From a virus (lineage: Duplodnaviria > Caudoviricetes), in the IMG/VR virus record IMGVR_UViG_3300000956_000071, positions 1 to 50,103 of that record: a stretch of DNA of 50,103 nt; one strand, given 5' to 3'. This document shows, in pieces, positions 15,394-25,421 of the stretch. Position 1 is the stretch's first letter; each line of letters opens with the position of its first letter. The notes under the pieces were generated by a model, which searched no databases, was not told the origin of the DNA, and was given only the letters and a program-made list of their open reading frames with translations. Both the position numbers and the translations under genes were made by a program.

Positions 15394-17703
15394 ATGGCAA
15401 AGGGGCCGGGCGGCTTCTCTGTAGGCCGCGTATCAATCCAGGTAGTTCCGGACACCTCCAAGTTCCGAGAGAAGCTACTTGCTGAACTTAAGAAGGAGGT
15501 CCGGGGACTCAAGGTTGAGATTCCCGTTGACCTAGACGCAGCAAAGGCTGTCTCTCAGCTCAAGGCACTTGACACCATCCTCAAGAGGATTGATGGTAGG
15601 AACATCAATATCGGGGCCAATGTCAATGCAAATGGAGACTTGAATAGGCTTTCCAGGGATCTATCCAGGGTTGGTGACGCAGCCAACGACGCGTCTTCCG
15701 GTTTCTCTTCCATCGGTAGGACAGGGGCTATTGTCCTTGCAGTCATCGTACTGCTTGCACCCGCACTAGCACTTGTAGCAACGCTGATTGCAGGGCTACC
15801 ATCTCTGTTGTTTGCATTTGGGGCTGCGGCTGCGGCTGTCGCCCTAGGGTTTGACGGCATCAAGAAGGCGGCTAAGGGGTTTGCTCCGACAGTCGATCGT
15901 CTCAAGGCCAGTCTGTCAAAGACGTTCGAGCAGCAGCTGACTAAGCCGTTCATCGAGCTTAACAAGATCGCTCCAGTTCTCGATAGGGGACTGAATTCTA
16001 TTGCTGTATCCATCAGTGGGATCATTTCAGACCTGATCAGGTTTGTTACCACTGGGCAGGGTATGGCTCAGCTCAATGATATCCTTCAGAACACTGCGAA
16101 GTTCTTCAATCTTCTACGTCCTGCCATCGAAGATGGATTCAGGGCACTGGTGTTCCTGGCTTCTGAGGCTTCTCAGGAATTTGATGGTCTTGCGGCAACT
16201 TTGCGCAGGTTCTCAGCCGGATTCCTGGACGTTGTCAAGAGGGTCAGCGAGGACGGCACTCTAGGGTCAGCCCTGCGGAACCTGAATGTGGTCCTGGACT
16301 CGCTTCTAGATGCATTCAACCAGTTCTTTGAGGCTGGTCTTCGTGCTATGACGGTGCTGGGCGGTCCTATTGCCAACCTGTTTGGTGGGTTTACTCAGGC
16401 CATTGTAGCGTTGATGCCAATCTTGACCGAAGTAAGCAAGCTGGTATTTGACGTGCTGGGAGAGGCGTTTAGGCAGCTAGCCCCGGTATTGGATGAGGTT
16501 AGGCCAGCTATCTCGGCCCTGGGCGATGTCCTAGGCAGGCTTCTAGTAGGAGCCCTTCAGGCCGTTGGTCCATTGCTGAAGGTGGTAGCAGGCATCCTGA
16601 ACGATGTTCTTCTCAGGGCCCTCACTGCGATTGACCCATTCATTCAGCCTTTTATCGATTTTGTCACTCAGCTAGCCACTATCATCGGTGACTTTCTGGT
16701 GTCGGCATTCGAGTCGCTGAGTCCGTTCCTGGACGTGTTCTTCAAGTTCATTCAGGACTTGCTGATTGCAATCACCCCTCTTCTTCCATTGCTGATTCAG
16801 TTCGCCACCGAAGTGTTGAAGGCGATTGCTGATATTCTCAAGGACCTTGGTCCAGATCTAGCCACGCTAGGCGAGTCTCTATTCCCGCAGTTGCTCAGGG
16901 TCATCAACGACATTGTTCCTATTGCAGGTGACTTCCTGAAGGTGTTGGTAGAGATTCTGCCCGCCTTGGTCCTGCTGGCTGATATCATCCTTCAGGTAGC
17001 CATTCCTGTGATGACGGCGTTCTTCGAGACGATTAACTCGGTATGGCCAGCAATTCGTGAGATCATCGAGGCTGCGCTACTTTACATCCAGGGCATTATC
17101 AATGTCATCATGGGCGTGATCTCTGGTGACTTGGATAGGGCTTGGACTGGCATCAAGCAGATCTTCAAGGGCAGTCTTGATCTGATTCTGGCGGCTGTAA
17201 AGCTTGGGCTAAACCTGGTCGTAGATGCGGTTATCGGCCTGCCAGAACGAATCCTGGGTGCACTGTTCGGTCTTCCTGAGTCTATGGCTAAGGCAGGTAG
17301 GGCAGCAATCCAGGGGTTTGTTGATGGTGTAAAGGCGATGGCGCAGCAGGCATACAATGCTGTAGCCGGAGTCGTTGAACGTGTTCGTGGACTGTTCCCC
17401 TTCTCACCTGCCAAGACTGGTCCTTTCTCGGGTACCGGATACACCACGTACTCAGGTAAGGCCTTGATGGAGGACTGGGCAAAGGGAATTGAACAGGGCA
17501 CACCAACCGCATTGAACGCGATTGACGAAGCAATGGCACAGACTCAGAATGGTATGGACATCTCTGCCGCAGTCACCTCGGAAGGCTTTGGTGACCTCCA
17601 CGGTCAGATTATGTCGGCTATGTCAGGCTGGGAAGTGGTTATTGATGCAAACGGCATCACCAAGTTGGTAAATAAGACTAATCAGAGGAATGCGCGGAGG
17701 TAA
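15394..17703 (+). CDS. Tape measure protein
   Basis: VGRVSIQVVPDT.KFR start; amphipathic repeats; FSPAKTGPFSG. Confidence 0.92.
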   Translation: MAKGPGGFSVGRVSIQVVPDTSKFREKLLAELKKEVRGLKVEIPVDLDAAKAVSQLKALDTILKRIDGRNINIGANVNANGDLNRLSRDLSRVGDAANDASSGFSSIGRTGAIVLAVIVLLAPALALVATLIAGLPSLLFAFGAAAAAVALGFDGIKKAAKGFAPTVDRLKASLSKTFEQQLTKPFIELNKIAPVLDRGLNSIAVSISGIISDLIRFVTTGQGMAQLNDILQNTAKFFNLLRPAIEDGFRALVFLASEASQEFDGLAATLRRFSAGFLDVVKRVSEDGTLGSALRNLNVVLDSLLDAFNQFFEAGLRAMTVLGGPIANLFGGFTQAIVALMPILTEVSKLVFDVLGEAFRQLAPVLDEVRPAISALGDVLGRLLVGALQAVGPLLKVVAGILNDVLLRALTAIDPFIQPFIDFVTQLATIIGDFLVSAFESLSPFLDVFFKFIQDLLIAITPLLPLLIQFATEVLKAIADILKDLGPDLATLGESLFPQLLRVINDIVPIAGDFLKVLVEILPALVLLADIILQVAIPVMTAFFETINSVWPAIREIIEAALLYIQGIINVIMGVISGDLDRAWTGIKQIFKGSLDLILAAVKLGLNLVVDAVIGLPERILGALFGLPESMAKAGRAAIQGFVDGVKAMAQQAYNAVAGVVERVRGLFPFSPAKTGPFSGTGYTTYSGKALMEDWAKGIEQGTPTALNAIDEAMAQTQNGMDISAAVTSEGFGDLHGQIMSAMSGWEVVIDANGITKLVNKTNQRNARR

Positions 17704-17707
17704 CTAA

Positions 17708-18538
17708 ATGGCTACGACCTGGTATCTAGGCGTACCTGGGGACCTCCGTGCCCTTTTCTGCCCTGAACGAGATATTGAGGTGACTGAGCTACGGTTTGGT
17801 GGCCTTCACCAGTCTCTGGGCGGGGCAAGGACCATGGATGTCACCGGCATCAAGCAGCAGTACTCATTCAGCTGGAAGTACCTGGACCAGAGTGACTATT
17901 CCTGGCTCCGTGCGCTTCATACACGGCTGATCCCAGGGCCCCATAGGCTCCTGGACCCTATGCGCACCAACAGGCTGTCTATGGGCGCGTCAAAGGGCGA
18001 CCTGATGGCAGTCAAGTACCCCTTCTACACCCAGTCGGCGGGAATGTTGACCAACTACCCCGATTATCCAAGCGGTGTGCTGGGAACCAGGTGCGTGAGG
18101 TGGAATGACAGGACAGCATCAAGCATTCTGTCTCTGGACCTGGCCAAGAAGACGGATGTATTCCCTCTTGAGGAGGTGACTGTTAGTGCGTACCTTAAGG
18201 GCGAATCTGCTGTCACTGTGGCGATGTATATCGGGTGGTACGACAAGGACGGAGTGTTCATCAGCAGCTCCACGTCTACTAGTCATTCAGTCACCACTTC
18301 ATGGGCTAGGTATTCGGCAACCAAGACGGCACCGGCCAACGCGGTTCTAGGGGCAATGTCCATCACTGCCACTGCCACCACGGCTATTCGAATGGCTGCT
18401 CCTCAGTTTGAGACGGGGGCTTCAGCCACTACCTGGCAGGAGGGCGGAGCCAATCCAATCGTACTTCTCGACCAGCTATCTACCACTACCCCGAGGTCAC
18501 CAGTATTGGACTGCAATTTGGTACTACTAGAATCATAG
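17708..18538 (+). CDS. Distal or minor tail protein with inserted carbohydrate-binding-like domain
   Basis: Follows TMP; W.RYS.T.TAPANA...QFETG..AT.W. Confidence 0.7.
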   Translation: MATTWYLGVPGDLRALFCPERDIEVTELRFGGLHQSLGGARTMDVTGIKQQYSFSWKYLDQSDYSWLRALHTRLIPGPHRLLDPMRTNRLSMGASKGDLMAVKYPFYTQSAGMLTNYPDYPSGVLGTRCVRWNDRTASSILSLDLAKKTDVFPLEEVTVSAYLKGESAVTVAMYIGWYDKDGVFISSSTSTSHSVTTSWARYSATKTAPANAVLGAMSITATATTAIRMAAPQFETGASATTWQEGGANPIVLLDQLSTTTPRSPVLDCNLVLLES

Positions 18539-18548
18539 GAGACACAGC

Positions 18549-20975
18549 ATGCAGGATCATGGCGAACCAATCGCCGAAGTAGCAGTAAGCAGCGGTGAGC
18601 GTTCGTTTCATGTCAGGCTGCGTGTTGACTGGAACCGCAATGGTCTTTACACCCATGCACTTTCCGATATGTCGAGGTTTGTCCACACTGCGGTGACCGA
18701 CAGGGCGTTGCAGGGTTCTGCTCCTTCAGAGCTTGGCTTTGTCTCAGGCTCAGCAGCCGCAGAGCTACGAGTTACGTTGGCGGGAGAAGACAGTGATGGT
18801 CGTAGTTTGGCCTCCATCTTCTCCCCCTACCAGATCAATTCACCTTTCTGGGTTCTTGAGCCTGTTGGCTGTGAAGTAACCTACGAGATTGGTATCGATT
18901 GTGGGGGTTTGTTCGGAGTCCTCTGGTATCCGCAGTTTGTTGGGCAGATCCGTACGCTGTCACCTAACCGTGGACTGAACAACGTAGAGATGACTGCGCT
19001 GGATCGGGTTGAGGTGCTCAGGCGTCCTGTCATCTTCCCACCATGGGCAGTGTCAGAACAGCAGGCTTCACAGGGCTTCCTTCTGGCTCAGCTCATGGAG
19101 TCGCATTACATCATTGACCATGCGCTACGTCAGTGTGACTGCTCTACCTCCCCTTACCGTCCTATCACACCTGAAGAGGTAGGCGGAAATCTACAGTACG
19201 CCGGTACTCAGGTATTCATTACTGGTAATGGTGGCAAGCTTCCTGTCGTAGGATGGGAAGACAACCCCACTCGTCAGGAATACCCGGACCAGGAACATGG
19301 CGTGGTGATGTATGACGCTATCGGTGAAACACATCCCCTTGCACCGTTTCCGGCTGTTAAGCCTAAGGTCCTTGCGGCCGTAGGCAATCGTCCAGATCAG
19401 TCTATGCTGATTTACTGGATGAGGGACCAGGACAGGATGAATGGCATTGCCTCTAGTGCCTGTGGATTCACGTTGATCCAGGGTGTGGGGCAGGAACCCT
19501 CGTACTGGTCGACTATGAGCGACACCAAGATTGCTGCATTCCGTACACGTGATGAGCAGGAAATCCAGATCTATATTGATGGCGGAGATATCCGTACTGA
19601 ATGGGATCGTGGAGGCTCTAGCCCCGACCATGTTATCGGACCGGATATCACGCTGCCCAATGATGGTATTGTCCATGTTCATGTGGCGTGGGATGTGTTT
19701 AACGCAGCCGGACCTATTGCGTACATTGAAGCTAACGCAGTCAATTCTGGTGTTGTTGACCTGGGCTCTCCTATCTCCTTTGTCACCAACAATGATGAGC
19801 TTGCAGGGCTCGTTGAGATCCAGCGTGTGGTAGCCATGCAGGACATCTACTTCACGTCCAGCAACTTCGGTGGTATTGGCGCAGGCCTAGGACTAAAGCC
19901 TAAGGCGGCTAAGTACAGCGCATCTGTTGATCCAGGATTGAACCGGCTATCCGACGTTCCTATTCGTAACAAGCCCGAAGCATGGGATGTCATCAAGTCG
20001 GTTGCCGACGCTGAAATGGGATCCGCGTTCTGGGACGAGGAAGGCAGGTTTGTCTTCTGGAACTTCGACACCATTGCTACAAAGCGTAATAGCATTGTAC
20101 GAGAGATCACCCTTGATGACTTGACTTCCCTGGACATCACTCGAAGCTTGGACTCGGTTCGTAACGTATATGCCATGGACAAGAGTAAGGCCAGGAACGT
20201 TATTGCGGTTATCTATGAGTCACAGGACGTAAACGAGTTCTACGTACCGGCTGGCACCCGGAAGAAGTTCAGGCTCTACCTGGACGACGTTGTATCTGCG
20301 GAACCTCGATTCATGGATAGGTACAAGACCACCGGAGTAGACCCTGTGCCTACATGGACTGGAGAACAGTTCCACGGGTATGTATTCCAGTTCTACCTCG
20401 GCGGAGCATGGGTTGAGGCAGACAGTGCTGGTACCAACGGCATTGAGATCAACAGTTATTACGATGAGGATGGCTACATTGTAGTCAATATCTGGAATGG
20501 GTTTTCTGTTCCTGTCAGGTGTGCATCAGGAAGCGGATCAAGTTCGCAGCCCGCATTCCGCCTGGGTGGTTCTCATATCGTGAGGTACGACGATAAGACT
20601 GACGTTACTGAAAACAGTGGAAGCGTTACTAAGTACGGCCACAAGATTTTGTCATTGAGTGGTGACTGGTATCAGGATGAGTCGGATGCCAACGGCCTTA
20701 TTTCCAAGTTCCTGAACCACACTTCTGCCCCCAAGCCTAGCTCTGACACCATTATGATTGCGGGAGATCCCCGTCTTCAGCTGGGTGACACTGTCAGGTT
20801 GAAGGATAAGACAGGATTTGGTGAGTACTTCGATGTTCAGATTTATGGCATCAACCGCACCTTCAGCGTGGACTCAGGACTGACTGACAATCTGTCGGTT
20901 CAGATGGTTCCAGCTGGTGGTAAGTGGGATGACCCAGTGTATGGAATCTGGGAATCAACATTCGTATGGACATAA
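18549..20975 (+). CDS. Minor tail protein (tail tip or hub)
   Basis: FWDEEGRFVF and GDPRLQLGD.V motifs; position. Confidence 0.75.
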   Translation: MQDHGEPIAEVAVSSGERSFHVRLRVDWNRNGLYTHALSDMSRFVHTAVTDRALQGSAPSELGFVSGSAAAELRVTLAGEDSDGRSLASIFSPYQINSPFWVLEPVGCEVTYEIGIDCGGLFGVLWYPQFVGQIRTLSPNRGLNNVEMTALDRVEVLRRPVIFPPWAVSEQQASQGFLLAQLMESHYIIDHALRQCDCSTSPYRPITPEEVGGNLQYAGTQVFITGNGGKLPVVGWEDNPTRQEYPDQEHGVVMYDAIGETHPLAPFPAVKPKVLAAVGNRPDQSMLIYWMRDQDRMNGIASSACGFTLIQGVGQEPSYWSTMSDTKIAAFRTRDEQEIQIYIDGGDIRTEWDRGGSSPDHVIGPDITLPNDGIVHVHVAWDVFNAAGPIAYIEANAVNSGVVDLGSPISFVTNNDELAGLVEIQRVVAMQDIYFTSSNFGGIGAGLGLKPKAAKYSASVDPGLNRLSDVPIRNKPEAWDVIKSVADAEMGSAFWDEEGRFVFWNFDTIATKRNSIVREITLDDLTSLDITRSLDSVRNVYAMDKSKARNVIAVIYESQDVNEFYVPAGTRKKFRLYLDDVVSAEPRFMDRYKTTGVDPVPTWTGEQFHGYVFQFYLGGAWVEADSAGTNGIEINSYYDEDGYIVVNIWNGFSVPVRCASGSGSSSQPAFRLGGSHIVRYDDKTDVTENSGSVTKYGHKILSLSGDWYQDESDANGLISKFLNHTSAPKPSSDTIMIAGDPRLQLGDTVRLKDKTGFGEYFDVQIYGINRTFSVDSGLTDNLSVQMVPAGGKWDDPVYGIWESTFVWT

Positions 20976-20989
20976 GCTAAGGAGTTTTT

Positions 20990-21487
20990 ATGCCGTTTGT
21001 TGCCATGGCGGATGCGGTACCAGGTGCTATCGCTTCGTCATCGGAATACAACAAGGTTGTTGACAACGTCGAGTATTTGAACAGCACCCTGCCTCGTGGC
21101 AGGATTGGTTCTGTATCCTCGGCTACCAGCAACCTCACAACCACCGACTCTGTGGTCGACTCTCAGACTGTTACGTTGGTCTCTGGTCGCAGGTATAGGG
21201 TCACTGCATCATATGTGTACGGTACAACTGCCACGAACTACTTCTTTAACCTGAGGTACAAGGCAGGCACGACTGTAGACACATCAGGCACAAGCTTTTT
21301 CAGGATTGCGCCTAATGGCACGGCAAGTCAGAACACCCCTGTGACGCTAGTCGGCGAGTTTGTAGCCCCTAGTTCAGGATCGTTCGTTATTGCTTGTACC
21401 TGCCGCACTGGAACCAGTACAGGGACTATCCCTAACGATGGTACCAATCATCAGAAGTTCTTTGCTGTAGATGATGTTGGACTCTAA
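20990..21487 (+). CDS. Minor tail protein
   Basis: Ser/Thr-rich beta domain at end of tail module. Confidence 0.6.
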   Translation: MPFVAMADAVPGAIASSSEYNKVVDNVEYLNSTLPRGRIGSVSSATSNLTTTDSVVDSQTVTLVSGRRYRVTASYVYGTTATNYFFNLRYKAGTTVDTSGTSFFRIAPNGTASQNTPVTLVGEFVAPSSGSFVIACTCRTGTSTGTIPNDGTNHQKFFAVDDVGL

Positions 21488-21496
21488 GGGGAAAAG

Positions 21497-21787
21497 GTGA
21501 CTGAACCTGTGCACCAGATTGGCATGACTGAACTGTACAACGAGATTAGACAGTTGAGTGAGAGATTCACCGAATACGCTAGTAGACATGGTGTTGAATC
21601 CACCTCAATGAATCACAAGATCAGTGAGCTTGAGAAGGACCTTGCAGAAGTGCGGGCCGACCTGAAGGCCGAGGGTGTTCGTAGGAGCAACACTGCATGG
21701 CAGATGAAGCTAGCCGTGGCATCCTCTTTGATCTTTCCAATCATCGTTGCCATTGTAACCGCATTGCTTATTTCGAAGGGATCGTAA
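21497..21787 (+). CDS. Coiled-coil protein with C-terminal TM helix (lysis accessory)
   Basis: Hydrophobic C-terminus; adjacent to holin. Confidence 0.55.
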   Translation: MTEPVHQIGMTELYNEIRQLSERFTEYASRHGVESTSMNHKISELEKDLAEVRADLKAEGVRRSNTAWQMKLAVASSLIFPIIVAIVTALLISKGS

Positions 21788-22002
21788 TGCTGAGTAAGGC
21801 ATATTGGGCAAGACTGGCTGAGGACCTCTGGACGGGCCTGATCACTGGCGTGGGTACAATCGTACTCATGGCTGGTTTCGACGTCTTCACGGCCGATTGG
21901 AAGGCTGTTCTGGGGGCCGGACTGACTGGTGCCATTGTGGCGGCCGTGAAGGCTGCTCTGGCTACGCCAGTCGGCGCTGACGACTCACCTCGTGTTAAGT
22001 GA
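21787..22002 (+). CDS. Holin (r1t-like)
   Basis: MLSKAYWARLAE start (TAATG overlap); two TM segments; ADW motif. Confidence 0.7.
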   Translation: MLSKAYWARLAEDLWTGLITGVGTIVLMAGFDVFTADWKAVLGAGLTGAIVAAVKAALATPVGADDSPRVK

Positions 22003-22066
22003 CCATGTACAAGCGGCGCAAGAAGCGGCCAAAGAAGAGATAGTGCAAGTGTGCTAAATAAAGACA

Positions 22067-22107
22067 AAAGAAAAAGGCCCCACCCCCGGAAGGGGGTGGG
22101 GCTATTT
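22067..22107. terminator. Bidirectional intrinsic terminator between the convergent arms
   Basis: A-tract, GCCCCACCCCC-GGAA-GGGGGTGGGGC, then TATTT. Confidence 0.88.
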
Positions 22108-22114
22108 GTCGTTC

Positions 22115-22309
22115 CTAGCGCTTTCCGGTGGCAATCAGGTACAACCACACGAGTCCCCACATACCACCAGTTACGATGGTGAGGACCGCATGCCACGTCC
22201 AGTGGATCCTTGGCTTTCGATGTGCGTTCATGATGTAGACATTCTGTTGCTGAGGGTTGTACTGCTGGTGGGGATGGTACTGGCTCGGTCCATTTTGGTG
22301 GTAATGCAT
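22115..22309 (-). CDS. Small membrane protein
   Basis: Gln/Pro-rich N-terminus plus HAVLTIVTGGMWGLVWL. Confidence 0.6.
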   Translation of the reverse strand: MHYHQNGPSQYHPHQQYNPQQQNVYIMNAHRKPRIHWTWHAVLTIVTGGMWGLVWLYLIATGKR

Positions 22310-22327
22310 GGGGCTCCCTCCCGAGGC

Positions 22328-22762
22328 TTATGTCTCCGTGATTGTACCATCCATTGTCAAGTCCCGCGTGTTTACGATGTTCAAGATCCGCCCTTCGGGG
22401 TAACCCACCCACTCAACACCGCTGGCTTTAATAGCCTTCATACACCCGTAGCAAGGACGGCGAGTGATGTAGAGGGTGGAACCAGGCAGGTCGTTTCTGT
22501 CACAGTACAAAAGGGCATTCAGCTCGGCGTGGATGGCGACGCAATTGGAGTAGCAGGAGCCAGGAGGAACCTCAGAAGTTCGCCTTGGGCATGAGCTACA
22601 TCCCACCATACCTGCCGGGCTTCCATTGTATCCCGTGGATCTGATTCTACGGTCAGAACCCACGACAACCGCACCGACTTTGTCACGTTCGCAGTCACTT
22701 CGCAACGAAACTGCTTCTGCGATTCCGAGGAAGTACTCGTCCCAGTCTGGGCGTTCACTCAA
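22328..22762 (-). CDS. dCMP deaminase
   Basis: RPDWDEYF, TGYNG, HAE.NA, PC..C. Confidence 0.92.
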   Translation of the reverse strand: MSERPDWDEYFLGIAEAVSLRSDCERDKVGAVVVGSDRRIRSTGYNGSPAGMVGCSSCPRRTSEVPPGSCYSNCVAIHAELNALLYCDRNDLPGSTLYITRRPCYGCMKAIKASGVEWVGYPEGRILNIVNTRDLTMDGTITET

Positions 22763-22909
22763 CCCCCTCCTCCTGCACGATATCGGCTAGGTCACGAGCC
22801 TCTCGCCACTCATGTGGAGTCGGGTTGTGAGAGCCATCCATGTACACCGACAGCCCGCACCTAGCCTCGGCCTGAAGGAGTGCGATAGCATATGCAAGGT
22901 CTTCCTTCC

Positions 22910-23140
22910 TCACGGTTCCCCCAAATCAATCTTCATGAATTCGTATGGGTCAACATGTACCGCGCTGCCTGGGTAGCCGTCCTTGGACCTGATAATGGTC
23001 AAACTGGCAATCGACAGCCCCTTGTCGAGGTAGGACCGATTAACGTAGTCGGTGATGACATACTTCCGAGTCGACGCGTTAAGCTGCTGAACCTTTCCAG
23101 ACGCCACGGTCTCCACCAGGGTGTAGATGTATGCGCTCAT
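22910..23140 (-). CDS. Hypothetical protein
   Basis: ORF in the tightly packed reverse operon. Confidence 0.55.
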   Translation of the reverse strand: MSAYIYTLVETVASGKVQQLNASTRKYVITDYVNRSYLDKGLSIASLTIIRSKDGYPGSAVHVDPYEFMKIDLGEP

Positions 23141-23249
23141 TCAACCATCCCCTCAGCGTCACCAATCCATTCGTTGCTGCGACGTTCAACCTCTGCCTTG
23201 ATGTTGTCGGTGATCTTGTCGATAGATTCCTGGTCTTTCGGATCACTCA

Positions 23250-23762
23250 TCAGTACACTCCCACTCGTCGTTCCAAAATCTTTTCGTACAGCTTCCGGTT
23301 CCACTTGGCGTCAACCAATGCGTTGTGCTGATCACCATCGTACTGAACACTATCAGCAACGTTGACCAGTCGGTGAGGATCAGACTCGATCATCTGTTTC
23401 AGGTCGAAGGAGAACCAGGGCATACCCGTAGGCATGTCCACCATCCTACCAAACAACTGAGCCAGAACTACATGATCATACGCTACATAGTAGCCATACA
23501 GAGAATTCTTGGTGAAGTCGTTCTTGTTTCCACAAATGAAGTTCTTTACTTCATGGGCAATCACCTTAGGGTGAGCCTGCTGCCCGATGAGGTGAGGCTT
23601 TACGTTCTCCCAGAGCCAGTGACCTTCAGGTACGAAGTTATCCCACACGAACGTGCTGCTTTCAAGATACAGCTCTCGCCCGTCCTCAGCCTCAATGCCG
23701 ATAGAAATTAGGTGGATCCGTTCCCCATCTTCGTAAAACTCAGTATCATAGAAGAACTTCAT
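23250..23762 (-). CDS. DEDDh 3'-5' exoribonuclease (RNase AS/Rv2179c-like)
   Basis: FYDTEF..LISIG...AYDHV.L.QLFG...HNAL.DA.W. Confidence 0.85.
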   Translation of the reverse strand: MKFFYDTEFYEDGERIHLISIGIEAEDGRELYLESSTFVWDNFVPEGHWLWENVKPHLIGQQAHPKVIAHEVKNFICGNKNDFTKNSLYGYYVAYDHVVLAQLFGRMVDMPTGMPWFSFDLKQMIESDPHRLVNVADSVQYDGDQHNALVDAKWNRKLYEKILERRVGVY

Positions 23763-23872
23763 CAATCCTCCTTATTGGCCGGGTTACTGGCACAGTTGGC
23801 TTCGTGAGAAGCGATGTTCTTCCTGTGAAAGGGGTTACCGCAGTACCGGCATTCCTCCGTGTCCCAGCTCAC
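23762..23872 (-). CDS. 36-aa C2HC Zn-finger microprotein MSWDTEECRYCGNPFHRKNIASHEANCASNPANKED
   Basis: Overlaps both neighbours; CxxC-x11-HxxxC. Confidence 0.65.
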   Translation of the reverse strand: MSWDTEECRYCGNPFHRKNIASHEANCASNPANKED

Positions 23873-24198
23873 CAGACGTTCTCCTCTGCGTAGTCTGCCC
23901 AGTTTTCTGGGGCCTTCTTCTGAAGCTGTTTGTAGATGGCGTGAGCCTGGTGGAGATCTCCGGTGGCAACTACAAGCTTCTTGAATTCCTCAGGGTAGTC
24001 CATGTGCACGTTATACATGGTGTTAGCCCCTAGCTTGATAGCCCTATCGTGGCTGATCTTGATCCGGCTATCTGTGAAGCTAACATCTTCCCACTCGATA
24101 TCGTCCTTGAACTCAACCCACATCGGATTCTTGGGGTCTTCAGGTTTAATAACAATCTCTCGGATGAACTGTAGATCCTTCCACGGCTTGTATGCCAC
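23869..24198 (-). CDS. Hypothetical protein
   Basis: ORF with RBS in operon. Confidence 0.6.
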   Translation of the reverse strand: MAYKPWKDLQFIREIVIKPEDPKNPMWVEFKDDIEWEDVSFTDSRIKISHDRAIKLGANTMYNVHMDYPEEFKKLVVATGDLHQAHAIYKQLQKKAPENWADYAEENVW

Positions 24199-24339
24199 TT
24201 AATCATCCTCTTCCTTCGGAGCGTTAGGGCAGGCCGAACCGTGAGAACCCCATCCTGAGGGGTAGTAGTCGCCACAGTCAATGCACTTGGTCATGCCCTG
24301 TGTATTGAAATCCCCCACTGGGTTGCGTGACCATCCCAT
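24199..24339 (-). CDS. 46-aa C2HC microprotein (CIDC...HGSACPN)
   Basis: TAATG overlap; exactly fills the gap between genes. Confidence 0.6.
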   Translation of the reverse strand: MGWSRNPVGDFNTQGMTKCIDCGDYYPSGWGSHGSACPNAPKEEDD

Positions 24340-24524
24340 TAATCAATCTCCTCCGTAATGTCTTCGATGGCCACCATCAACTCCTCATCACATTCGAGAG
24401 GGTGAATGAAGGCTGTTGGGTCGTTAGTAAAATTTTCAACCAAGATGTCTGCCTGCTCCGAGCCCATCTTGTTCACCAGGTAGTCAAACTCGAATACCAA
24501 AGTCATCCTGACCCTACGACTCAT
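24339..24524 (-). CDS. Hypothetical protein
   Basis: ATGA overlap, RBS. Confidence 0.55.
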   Translation of the reverse strand: MSRRVRMTLVFEFDYLVNKMGSEQADILVENFTNDPTAFIHPLECDEELMVAIEDITEEID

Positions 24525-24739
24525 TCTACAACCTCCGTTGCGCCATGGGGACGCTTCACTAAGCGGAACTGATAATCGCTACGCCTTCCGTACCTGGTCG
24601 CCTTCAACTGAGCCAGGGCGTTCCTGGCGCTGCCCCTGCTGGGATACCACCCATGGAAGTGATTGGTGTGGCACATCTTCCACATGTCATCAAACTTGCA
24701 GAAGTATTGCACTCCGTACTCGTAGCCCTCAATTTCCAT
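24521..24739 (-). CDS. Hypothetical protein (start MEIEGYEY)
   Basis: AAGGAG RBS before ATG at 24739. Confidence 0.55.
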   Translation of the reverse strand: MEIEGYEYGVQYFCKFDDMWKMCHTNHFHGWYPSRGSARNALAQLKATRYGRRSDYQFRLVKRPHGATEVVE

Positions 24740-24741
24740 TT

Positions 24742-24888
24742 CTACTCCTTGTTTGCCGGATTGTTTGCGCAGCCCATTGCGTGGTACGCAGCCTGTGAGT
24801 TTGCATCCTGCTGAGCAGCAGATCCGTTGTCTCCATACCCTGTGAAGGGAGCACCACACCACGGGCATTGGGCTGTTCTACTCGCCAT
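24742..24888 (-). CDS. 48-aa C2HC microprotein (CPWC...HAMGCANNPANKE)
   Basis: TAATG overlap; GGAGG RBS; shares C-terminus with 23762-23872. Confidence 0.65.
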   Translation of the reverse strand: MASRTAQCPWCGAPFTGYGDNGSAAQQDANSQAAYHAMGCANNPANKE

Positions 24889-25421
24889 TAGATATCCTCC
24901 TCTGAATCCCACCAGAACACTCCAAGGGTGGACCCCTTGAAGGCCATAGACTTGCCCATCACCTCATGCATCTCATCAAACGTCCAGTGCTTCAGGTGAG
25001 CCTCGTAAGGGTTACCGTTGACTTCGCCCTGAGGTGCATGGACTATAGGCAGTGATACCAGGATCCACCTGAAGTGGTTCTTGGCTCGAAGAATCAACTG
25101 CCGGGCATCGTCCTCGGGCAGGTGCTCCAGAACGTCACCGAAGATAATCAGCTTGTCGAAGGATCGGTCACGAGGCTGAAACTGAACGTCCCTGATGTCG
25201 GCGTTGATCACGAGGTCATACTTGGAGTTCAGATCGTACTCTTCAATGTATGGCTCCCAGACCTCCACAGCCGTCCAGGTGGTGTAGTCCTGAACGTTGG
25301 TGTATCGCATGAGGTCTCGGTACGTTCCTTGGCCTGCCCCCACATCAACAATACCATCGGGGCAGTAGTGCTCCATCAGGAGTTGTGAGATCAGCTTCCC
25401 CTGCTTATCGCTTGTTGGCAC
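24888..25421 (-). CDS. Class I SAM-dependent methyltransferase
   Basis: IVDVGAGQG motif I; FGDVLEHL. Confidence 0.88.
   Translation of the reverse strand: MPTSDKQGKLISQLLMEHYCPDGIVDVGAGQGTYRDLMRYTNVQDYTTWTAVEVWEPYIEEYDLNSKYDLVINADIRDVQFQPRDRSFDKLIIFGDVLEHLPEDDARQLILRAKNHFRWILVSLPIVHAPQGEVNGNPYEAHLKHWTFDEMHEVMGKSMAFKGSTLGVFWWDSEEDI

Noticed and set aside
24739-24868. N-terminal extension of the 24521-24868 ORF (similar cases at 27708, 30770, 34096, 36209, 41839)
   Set aside because: Better RBS-supported downstream starts exist, and the extensions overlap other genes or RNA structure.
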